From the NCBI GenBank assembly GCA_051313645.2, contig JBNRSN020000089.1, positions 2,418,001-2,482,000 on the forward strand: a stretch of DNA of 64,000 nt, given 5' to 3'. The DNA is from Centroscyllium fabricii. Taxonomy: Eukaryota. A model generated the notes under the pieces. That model did no database searches, had not been told where the DNA came from, and was given only the letters and a program-made list of their open reading frames with translations. This document shows, piece by piece, positions 48,101-59,900 of this stretch. How positions within the stretch are numbered: the stretch's first letter is position 1; each line of letters opens with the position of its first letter. A program made the translations under genes and the position numbers.

Positions 48101-51100
48101 CTGTGAACAATACATCAGTCATTATCCATCTGTGTACAATCCATCAGACAACATCCATGTGTGTAAAATACATCAGAGAATGTCCATCTGTGTACAGTAC
48201 ATCAGACAATATCTATCTGTGAACAATATATCAGACAATGTCCTTCTGTGTACAATACATCAGACAATTTCCATCTGTGTACATTACATCAGACAATGTC
48301 AATCTGTGAACAATACATCAGACAATGTCCATCTGTGTACAATACATCGGACAATGTACATCTTTGTACAATACATCAGACAATATGCATCTATGTACAA
48401 TATATCAGACAATGTCCATCTGTGTACAATACATCAGACAATTTCCATCTGTGAACAATACATCAGACAATTTCCATCTGTGTACAATACATCAGACAAT
48501 GTCCATCTGTGCACAATATGTCAGAAAATGTCCATCTGTGAACAATGCATCAGACAATGTCCATCTATGTACAATACATCAGACATTGCCTATCTGTGTA
48601 CAAAATATCAGACATTATCCATCTGTGTACAGTACATCAGAAAATGTCCATCTGTGTACAATGCATCAGACAATGTCCATCTGTGAACAATGCATCAGAC
48701 AATACCCATCGTGTAGAAAACATCAGACATTGTCAATCTGTTTACAATACATCAGACAATATCCATCTGTGTACAATACATCAGACATTGTCCGTCTGTG
48801 TACAATACATCAACAATGTCCATCTGTGAACAATACATCAGACAATGTCCATCTGTGTACAATAAATCAGACAATGTCCATCTGTGAACAATACATCAGA
48901 CAATATCCATCTGTGTACCATACATCAGACAATGCCCATCTGTGAACAATACCTCAGACAATGTCCATCTGTGAACAATACATCAGACATTGTCCATCTG
49001 TGTACAATACATCAGACATTGTCCATCTGTGTACAATACATCAGACATTGTCCATCTGTGTACATTACATCAGAAAATATCCATCTGTGTACAATACATC
49101 CGACAATGTCCATCTGTGAACAATACATCAGACAATGTCCATCTTTGAACAATACATCAGACAATGTCCATCTGTGTACAATACATCAGACAATGTCCAT
49201 CTGTAAACAATACATCAGACAATGTCCATCTGTGTACAATACATCAGACAATGTCGATCTGTGAACAATACATCAGACAATATCCATCTGTGTACCATAC
49301 ATCATACAATGCCCATCTGTGAACAATATCTCAGACAATGTCCATCTGTGAACAATAAATCAGACATTGTCCATCTGTGTACAATACATCAGACATTGTC
49401 CATCTGTGTACAATACATCAGACATTGTCCATCTGTGTACAATACATCAGAAAATATCCATCTGTGTACAATACATCCGACAATGTCCATCTGTGAACAA
49501 TACATCAACAATGTCCATCTTTGAACAATACATCAGACAATGTACATCTGTGTACAATACATCAGACAATGTCCATCTGTGTACAATACATCAGACAATA
49601 TCCATCTGTGAACAATACATCAGACAATGTCCATCTGTGTACAATACATCAGACACTGTCCATCTGTGAACAATATATCAGACAATATCCATCTGTGCAC
49701 ATTATATCAGCTTATATCCATCTGTGTACAATACATCAGACAATGACCATCTGTGAACAATACATCTGACAATGTCCATCTGTGAACAATACATCAGACA
49801 ATATTCATCTGTGTACAATACTTCAGACAATATCGATCTTTGTACAATACATCAGACAATGTCCATCTCAGGACAATGCATCAGACAATGTCCATCTGTG
49901 TACAATACATCAGACAATATCCATCTTTGAACTATACATCCGACATTATCCATCTGTGTACAATACATCAGACATGGTCCATCTGTGAACAATACATCAG
50001 TCATTATCCATCTGTGTACAATCCATCAGAAAACATCCATCTGTGTACAATACATCAGAGAATGTCCATCAGTGTACAGTACATCAGACAATATCTATCT
50101 GCGAACAATATATCAGACAATGTCCATCTGTGTACAATACATCAGACAATGTCCATCTGTGTCCAATACATCAGACAATATCCATCTGTGAACAATACAT
50201 CAGAAAATGTCCAACTGTGCACAATACATAAAACATTATCAATCTGTGTACAATACATCAGACATTATCCATCAGTGTATAATACATCCGACAATATCCA
50301 TCTGTGAATAATACATCAGAAAATGTCCATCTGTGTACAATACATCAGACATTATCCATCTGTGAACAATACATCAGACAATAACCATCTGTGTACAATA
50401 CATCAGACAATATCCATCTGTGTACAATACATCATTAAATGTCCATCTGTGTACAATACATCAGACAATATCCATCTGTGTACAATACATCAGACATTAT
50501 CCATCTGTGAACAATACATCAGACATTATCCATCTGTGTACAATACATCAGACATTGTCCATCTGTGAACAATACATCAGTCATTATCCATCTGTGTACA
50601 ATCCATCAGACAACATCCATCTCTGTAAAATACATCAGAGAATGTCCATCTGTGTACAGTACATCAGACAATATCTATCTGTGAACAATATCTCAGACAA
50701 TGTCCATCTGTGTACAATACATCAGACAATATCCATCTGTGTACATTACATCAGACAATGTCAATCTGTGAACAATACATCAGACAATGTCCATCTGTGT
50801 ACAATACATCGGACAATGTCCATCTTTGTACAATACATCAGACAATATGCATCTATGTACAATACATCAGACAATGTCCATCTGTGTACAATACATCAGA
50901 TAATTTCCATCTGTGAACAATACATCAGACAATTTCCATCTGTGTACAATACATCAGACAATGTCCATCTGTGCACAATACATCAGACAATGTCCATCTG
51001 TGAACAATGCATCAGAGAATGTCCATCTATGTACAATACTTCAGACATTGCCCATCTGTGTACAAAATATCAGACATTATCCAGCTGTGTACAATACATC

Positions 51101-53365
51101 AGAAAATGTCCATCTGTGTACAATGCATCAGACAATGTCCATCTGTGAACAATGCATCAGACAATACCCATCGAGTAGAAAACATCAGACATTGTCAATC
51201 TGTGTACAATACATCAGAATATATCCATCTGTGTACAATACATCAGACATTGTCCGTCTGTGTACAATACATCAGACAATGTGCATCTGTGAACAATACA
51301 TCAGACAATGTCCATCTGTGTACAATACATCAGACAATGTCCATCTGTGAACAATACATCAGACAATATCCATCTGTGTACCATACATCAGACAATGCCC
51401 ATCTGTGAACAATACCTCAGACAATGTCCATCTGTGAACAATACATCAGACATTGTCCATCTGTGTACAATACATCACACATTGTCTATCTGTGTACAAT
51501 ACATCAGACATTGTCCATCTGTGTACATTACATCAGAAAGTATACATCTCTGTACAATACATCCGACAATGTCCATCTGTGAACAATACATCAGACAATG
51601 TCCATCTTTGAACAATACATCAGACAATGTACATCTGTGTACAATACATCAGACAATGTACATCTGTGTACAATACATCAGACAATATCCATCTGTGAAC
51701 AATACATCAGACAATGTCCATCTGTGTACAATACATCAGACACTGTCCATCTGTGAACAATACATCAGACAATATCCATCTGTGTACATTATATCAGCTA
51801 ATATCCATCTGTGTACAATACACCAGACAATGACCATCTGTGAACAATATATCTGACAATGTCCATCTGTGACAATACATCAGACAATATCTATATGTGG
51901 ACAATACTTCAGACAATATCGATCTTTGTACAATACATCAGACAATGTCCATCCGTGTACAATACATCAGACAATATCCATCTTTGAACTATACATCAGA
52001 CATTATCCATCTGTGTACAATACATCAGACATGGTCCATCTGTGCACAATACATCAGTCATTATCCATTTGTGTACAATCCATCAGAAAACCTCCATCTG
52101 TGTACAATACATCAGAGAATGTCCATCAGTGTACAGTACATCAGACAATATCTATCTGTGAACAATATATCAGACAATGTCCATCTGTGTACAATACATC
52201 AGACAATGTCCATCTGTGTCCAATACATCAGACAATATCCATCTGTGAACAATACATCAGAAAATGTCCAACTGTGCACAATACATAAGACATTATCAAT
52301 CTGTGTACAATACATCAGACATTATCCATCAGTGTACAATACATCCGACAATATCCATCTGTGAATAATATATCAGAAAATGTCCATCTGTGTACAATAC
52401 ATCAGACATTTTCCATCTGTGAACAATACATCAGATAATAACCATCTGTGTACAATACATCAGACAATATCCATCTGTGTACAATACATCATTAAATGTC
52501 TATCTGTGTACAATACATCAGACAATATCCATCTGTGTACAATATATCAGACATTATCCATCTGTGAACAATACATCAGACATTATCCATCTGTGTACAA
52601 TACATCAGACATTGTCCATCTGTGAAGAATACATCAGTCATTATCCATCTGTGTACAATCCATCAGACAACATCCATGTGTGTAAAATACATCAGAGAAT
52701 GTCCATCTGTGTACAGTACATCAGACAATATCTATCTGTGAACAATATATCAGACAATGTCCATCTGTGTACAATACATCAGACAATATCCATCTGTGTA
52801 CATTACATCAAACAATGTCAATCTGTGAACAATACATCAGACAATGTCCATCTGTGTACAATACATCGGACAATGCACATCTTTGTACAATACATCAGAC
52901 AATATGCATCTATGTACAATATATCAGACAATGTCCATCTGTGTACAATACATCAGACAATTTCCATCTGTGAACAATACATCAGACAATTTCCATCTGT
53001 GTACAATACATCAGACAATGTCCATCTGTGCACAATACATCAGACAATGTCCATCTGTGAACAATGCATCAGACAATGTCCATCTATGTACAATACACCA
53101 GACATTGCCCATCTGTGTACAAAATATCAGACATTATCCATCTGTGTACAATACATCAGAAAATGTCCATCTGTGTACAATGCATCAGACAATGTCCATC
53201 TGTGAACAATGCATCAGACAATACCCATCGTGTAGAAAACATCAGACATTGTCAATCTGTGTACAATACATCAGACAATATCCATCTGTGTACAATACAT
53301 CAGACATTGTCCGTCTGTGTACAATACATCAGACAATGTCCACCTGTGAACAATACATCAGACAC

Positions 53366-53875
53366 TTCATCAACAGGGGAATAGAGTTTAGGAACCGGGA
53401 GGTCATGCTACAGCTGTACAGGTCACTGGTGAGACCACACTTGGAGTACTGTGTGCAGTTCTGGGCACCGTACTACAGGAGAGATGTGGAGGCGCTGGAG
53501 AGGGTGCAGAGGAGATTCACCAGGATGCTGCCGGGAATGGGAGGAAGGTCATACGAGGAGAGGTTGAGGGAGCTGGGACTCTTCTCCCTGGAACGGAGAA
53601 GGAAGAGAGGGGACTTGATAGAGATGTTTAAAATGATGAAGGGGATCGATAGAGTAAACGTGCAAAGACTGTTTCCCCGGGCGGGAAGAACGTCAACAAG
53701 AGGACACGAGCACAAGATTCAAGGAGGAAGATTCAGAAGGGATGGCAGGGGCAGGTTCTTTACACAGAGAGTGGTAGGGGAATGGAATAGGCTACCATCT
53801 GAAATAGTGGATGCGGACAGTCTGGGTGCTTTTAAAAGGATGATAGACAGGTACATGGAGGGGAAGGAACAGTAG
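53366..53875 (+). pseudogene. C-terminal fragment (169 aa + TAG) of CR1 ORF2 protein, downstream of the RT catalytic core
   Basis: Open frame FINRGIEFRNREVML...RYMEGKEQ* ends at TAG 53873-53875 with no internal stop or frameshift. There is no YADD motif and no endonuclease domain, so it cannot be autonomous. Confidence 0.9.
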
Positions 53876-53947
53876 GGGGGAAGGGAAAAATCAGGGATGG
53901 ACTAAGGGCGGCACTACATTGAGGGCCCAAGGGCCTGTACAGTGCTG
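53876..53947 (+). other. CR1 3' UTR with short inverted repeats (putative RT-recognition stem-loop)
   Basis: GGCCC-AA-GGGCC at 53924-53935 and TACAG-TG-CTGTA at 53938-53949 lie just upstream of the tail. CR1/L2-clade LINEs are known to carry a 3' stem-loop before the terminal repeat. Function here is inferred. Confidence 0.65.
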
Positions 53948-53975
53948 TATGTTCTATGTTCTATATGTTCTATGT
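53948..53975 (+). repeat. CR1 3'-terminal 7-bp tandem repeat tail (TATGTTC)n
   Basis: Reads TATGTTC TATGTTC TA TATGTTC TATGT, analogous to the (ATTCTRTG)n tail of amniote CR1. Confidence 0.9.
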
Positions 53976-56900
53976 AATGTCCATCTGTGTACAATAAATC
54001 AGACAATGTCCATCTGTGAACAATACATCAGACAATATCCATCTGTGTACCATACATCAGACAATGCCCATCTGTGAACAATACCTCAGACAATGTCCAT
54101 CTGTGAACAATATATCAGACGATGTCCATCTGTGTACAATACATCAGACAATGTCCATCTGTGAACAATACATCAGACAATATCCATCTGTGTACCATAC
54201 ATCAGACAATGCCCATCTGTGAACAATACCTCAGACAATGTCCATCTGTGAACAATACATCAGACATTGTCCATCTGTGTACAATACATCAGACATTGTC
54301 CATCTGTGTACATTACATCAGACATTGTCCATCTGTGTACAATACATCAGAAAATATCCATCTGTGTACAATACATCCGACAATGTCCATCTGTGAACAA
54401 TACCTCAACAATGTCCATCTTTGAACAATACATCAGACAATGTACATCTGTGTACAATACATCAGACAATGTCCATCTGTGTACAATACATCAGACAATA
54501 TCCATCTGTGAACAATACTTCAGACAATGTCCATCTGTGTACAATACATCAGACACTGTCCATCTGTGAACAATACATCAGACAATATCCATCTGTGAAC
54601 ATTATATCAGCTTATATCCATCTGTGTACAATACATCAGACAATGACCATCTGTGAACAATACATTTGACAATGTCCATCTGTGAACAATACATCAGACA
54701 ATATCCATCTGTGTACAATACTTCAGACAATATCGATCTTTGTACAATACATCAGACAATGTCCATCTGTGGACAATACATCAGACAATGTCCATCTGTG
54801 TACAATACATCAGACAATATCCATCTTTGAACTATACATCAGACATTATCCATCTGTGTACAATACATCAGAACATGTCCATCTGTGAACAATACATCCG
54901 ATAATGTCCACCTGTGTACAATACATCAGACAATGTCCATCTGTGTACAGTACATCAGACAATGTCACCTGTGTACAGTACATCAGACAATATTTATCTG
55001 TGAACAATATATCAGACAATGTCCATCTGTGTACAATACATCAGACAATGTCCATCTGTGTCCAATACATCAGACAATATCCATCTGTGAACAATACATC
55101 AGAAAATGTCCAACTGTGCACAATACATAAGACATTATCAATCTGTGTACAATACATCAGACATTATCCATCAGTGTACAATACATCCGACAAGATCCAT
55201 CTGTGAATTATACATCAGAAAATGTCCATCTGTGCACAATACATCAGACATTATCCATCTGTGAACAATACATCAGACAATAACCATCCGTGTACAATAC
55301 ATCAGACAATATCCATCTGTGTACAATACATCATTAAATGTCCATCTGTGCACAATATATCAGACAATGTCCATCTTTGTACAGTACATCAGACAATTTC
55401 TATCTGTGAACAATATATCAGACAATGTCCATCTGGGTACAATACATCAGACAATATCCATCTGTGTACATTACATCAGGCAATGTCAATCTGTGAACAA
55501 TACATCAGACAATGTCCATCTGTGTACAATACATCGGACAATGTCCATCTTTGTACAATACATCAGACAATATGCATCTATGTACAATACATCAGACAAT
55601 GTCCATCTGTGTACAATACATCAGATAATTTCCATCTGTGAACAATACATCAGACAATTTCCATCTGTTTACAATACATCAGACAATGTCCATCTGTGCA
55701 CAATACATCAGACAATGTCCATCTGTGAACAATGCTTCAGAGAATGTCCATCTATGTACAATACATCAGACATTGCCCATCTGTGTACAAAATATCAGTC
55801 ATTATCCATCTGTGTACAATACATCAGAAAATGTCCATCTGTGTACAATGCATCAGACAATATCCATCTGTGAACAATGCATCAGACAATACCCATCGTG
55901 GTGAAAACATCACACATTGTCAATCTGTGTACAATACATCAGACAATATCCATCTGTGTACAATACATCAGACATTGTCCGTCTGTGTACAATACATCAG
56001 ACAATGTCCATCTGTGAACAATACATCAGAAAATGTCCATCTGTGTACAATACATCAGACAATGTCCATCTGTGAACAATACATCAGACAATACCCATCT
56101 GTGTACCATACATCAGACAATGCCCATCTGTGAACAATACCTCAGACAATGTCCATCTGTGAACAATACATCAGACATTGTCCATCTGTGTACAATACAT
56201 CAGACTTTTTCCATCTGTGTACAATACATCAGACATTGTCCATCTGTGTACAATACATCAGAAGATATCCATCTGTGTACAATACATCCGACAATGTCCA
56301 TCTGTGAACAATACATCAGACAATATCCATCTGTGTACAATACATCAGACAATGTCCATTTGTGTACAGTATATCAGACAATGTCCATCTGTTTACAGTA
56401 CATCAGACAATGTCCTTCTGTGTACAATACATCAGACAATGTCCATCTGTGAACAGTACATCAGACAATAACCATCTGAGAGCAAAACATCAGACAATAT
56501 CCATCTGTGTACAATACATCAGACAATGTCCATCTGTACAATACATCAGACAATGTCCATCTGTGTGCAATATATCAGACATTATCCATCTGTGTACAAT
56601 ATATCAGACAATGTCCACCTGTGAGCAATACATCAGACAATATCCATCTATGAACAATACATCAGACAATGTCCATCTGTGTACAATACATCAGACAATA
56701 TCCATCTGTGTACAATATATCAGACAATATCCATCTCTGTACAGTACATCAGACAATGTCCATCTGTGTACAATACATCAGACAATATCCATCTGTGTAC
56801 AATACATCAGACAAAGTCCATCTGTGAACAATACATCAGACAATGTCCATCTGTGTAGAATACATCAGACAATGTCCACCTGTGTACAATACATCAGACA

Positions 56901-59900
56901 ATGTCCATCTGTGTACAATACGTCAGACAATGTCCGTCTGTGTAGAATACATCATACAATATCAATCTCTGAACAATACATCAGACAATGTCCATCTGTG
57001 TACAATACTTCAGACAATATCCATCTGTGTACAATACATCAGACAATGTCCATCTGTGTACAACACGTCAGACAATGACCATCTGTGAACAACACATCAG
57101 ACAATATCCATCTGTGAACAATACATCAGACAATATCCATCTGTGTACAATACATCAGACAATGGCCATCTGTACAATACATCAGACAATGTCCATCTGT
57201 GTACAATACATCATACATTATCCATCTGTATACAATACATCAGACAATGTCCATCTGTGAACAATACATCAGACAATATCCATCTATGAACAATACATCA
57301 GACAGCATCCATCAGTGTACAGTACTTCAGACAATGTCCATCTGTGTACAATACATCAGACAATATCCATCTGTGTACAATATATCAGAAAATGTCCATC
57401 TGTGAACAATACATCAGACAATGTCCATCTGTGTAAAATACATGAGACAATGTCCATCTGTGTACAGTACATCAGACAATGTCCATCTGTGTATAGTACG
57501 TCAGACAATTTTCCTTCGTTTAACAGTACATCAGACTATTTCCATCTGTGTACAATAAATCAGACACTGTCCATCTGTGTACAATACATCAGAAAATGTC
57601 CACCTGTGAACAATACATAAGAACATATCCATCTGTGTACAGTACATCAGATTATGTCCATCTGTGTACAATACATCAGAAAATGTCCATCTGTGAACAA
57701 TACATAAGACATTATCTTCCTGTGAACAATACATCAGACAATATCCATCTGTGTACAATACATCAGACAAATGTCCATCTGTGTACAATACATCAGACAA
57801 TATCCATCTGTGTAAAATACATCAGACAATGTCCATCTTTGTCCAATACATCAGTCAATATCCATCTGTGAACAATACATCAGAAAATGTGCAACTGTGC
57901 ACAATACATAAGACATTATCAATCTGTGTACAATACATCAGACATTATCCATCAGTGTAAAATACTTCCGACAATATCCATCTGTGAATAATACATCAGA
58001 AAATGTCCATTTGTGTACAATACATCAGACATTATCCATCTGTGAACAATACATCAGACAATAACCATCTGTGTACAATACATCAGACAATATCCATCTG
58101 TGTACAATACATCAGTAAATGTTCATCTGTGTACAATACATCAGACAATATCCATCTGTGTACAATTCATCAGACATTATCCATTTGTGAACAATACATC
58201 AGACATTATCCATCTGTGTACAATACATCAGACATGGTCCATCTGTGAACAATACATCAGTCATTATCCATCTGTGTACAATCCATCAGACAACATCCAT
58301 CTGTGTACAATACATCAGAGAATGCCCATCTGTGTACAGTACATCAGACAATATCTATCTGTGAACAATATATCAGACAATGTCCATCTGTGTACAATAC
58401 ATCAGACAATATCCATCTGTGTACATTACATCAGACAATGTCCATCTGTGTACAACACATCAGACAATGTCCATCTGTGTACAATACATCAGACAATATG
58501 AATCTGTGTACAATACATCAGACAATGTCCATCTGTGTACAATACATCAGACAATGTCCATCTGTGAACAATAATCAGACAATGTCCATCTGTGTACAAT
58601 ACATCAGACAATATCCATCTGTGTACAATACATCAGACAATGTCCATCTGTGAACAATATATCAGACAATATCCATCTGCGTACAATACATCAGACAATG
58701 TCCATTTGTGTACAGTATATCAGACAATGTCCATCTGTTTACAGTACATCAGACAATGTCCTTCTGTGTACAATACATCAGACAATGTCCATCTGTGAAC
58801 AGTACATCAGACAATAACCATCTGAGAGCAAAACATCAGACAATATCCATCTGTGTACAATACATCAGACAATGTCCATCTGTACAATACATCAGACAAT
58901 GTCCATCTGTGTGCAATATATCAGACATTATCTATCTGTGTACAATATATCAGACAATGTCCACCTGTGAACAATACATCAGACAATATCCATCTATGAA
59001 CAATACATCAGACAATGTCCATCTGTGTACAATACATCAGACAATATCCATCTGTGTACAATACATCAGACAATATCCATCTCTGTACAGTACATCAGAC
59101 AATGTCCATCAGTGTACAATACATCAGACAATATCCATCTGTGTACAATACATCAGGCAATGTCCATCTGTGAGCAATACATCAGACAATGTCCATCTGT
59201 GTAGAATACATCAGACAATGTCCACCTGTGTACAATACATCAGACAATGTCCATCTGTGTACAATACGTCAGACAATATCCGTCTGTGTGGAATACATCA
59301 TACAATATCCATCTGTGTACAATACGTCAGAAAATAACCATCTGTGATCAATACATCAGACAATATCCATCTGTGAACTATACATCAGACAATATCCATC
59401 TGTGTACAATACATCAGACAATGGCCCTCTGTACAATACATCAGACAATGTCCATCTGTGTACAATACATCATACATTATCCATCTGTATACAATACATC
59501 AGATAATGACCAACTGTGAACAATACATCAGACAATATCCATCTATGAACAATACATCCGACAGCATCCATCTTTGTACAGTACTTCAGACAATGTCCAT
59601 CTGTGTACAATACATCAGACAATATCCATCTGAGTACAATATATCAGACAATGTCCATCTGTGAACAATACATCAGACAATGTCCATCTGTGTAAAATAC
59701 ATGAGACAATGTCCATCTGTGTACAGTACATCAGACAATGTCCATCTGTGTATAGTACGTCAGACAATGTCCTTCGTTTAACAGTACATCAGACTATTTC
59801 CATCTGTGTACAATAAATCAGCCACTGTCCATCTGTGTACAATACATCAGAAAATGTCCACCTGTGAACAATACATAAGAAAATATCCATCTGTGTACAG

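Larger units (their letters stand above)
1..53364 (+). repeat. 29-bp satellite tandem array, left part (consensus CATCAGACAATGTCCATCTGTGTACAATA, 11/29 GC)
   Basis: The monomer recurs head-to-tail every 29 bp, with occasional 23-, 27-, 28- and 30-bp variants. The translated ORFs show the expected 29-aa (87-nt, three-monomer) period MSICVQYIRQCPSVYNTSDNVHLCTIHQT. No orientation switch was seen. Confidence 0.99.
53365..53975 (+). mobile_element. 5'-truncated CR1-clade non-LTR retrotransposon (LINE), 3'-terminal ~611 bp
   Basis: Abrupt switch to purine-rich non-repetitive sequence. It encodes LYRSLVRPHLEYCVQFW...LERVQRRFTRMLPG...SYEERLRELGLFSLERRRKRGDLIEMFK...FFTQRVVGEWNRLP, which are hallmark motifs of the CR1 ORF2 C-terminal region. 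A short 3' UTR ends in a short tandem-repeat tail rather than poly(A), as is typical of CR1. Confidence 0.95.
39700..56330 (+). repeat. Dimeric ~4.4-kb HOR domain built of alternating ~2.1-2.5 kb subunits (A-B-A-B-B-A-B-A)
   Basis: Marker ATACCCATCG(T/A)G recurs at ~40560, 42650, 44965, 47050, 48705, 51165, 53222 and 55890. A-type units have GCATCAGAGAATG (ORFs 40403, 44807, 51007, and GCTTCAGAGAATG at 55732). B-type units have TAAATGTCTAT and CATCCATGTG (ORFs 41903, 46306, 47958, 52477). Confidence 0.8.

Noticed and set aside
53473-53715. 80-aa minus-strand ORF inside the insert
   Set aside because: Antisense shadow of the CR1 ORF2 frame with no independent support.
53365-53975. Functional reverse transcriptase, retron or DGR-like system generating the repeats
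   Set aside because: The fragment lacks the RT catalytic core and endonuclease, is a typical 5'-truncated copy and was inserted after the array formed.
53340-54000. Long target-site duplication around the LINE
   Set aside because: Similar flanks are just satellite periodicity; comparison with the empty paralogous sites shows 0-1 bp duplicated.
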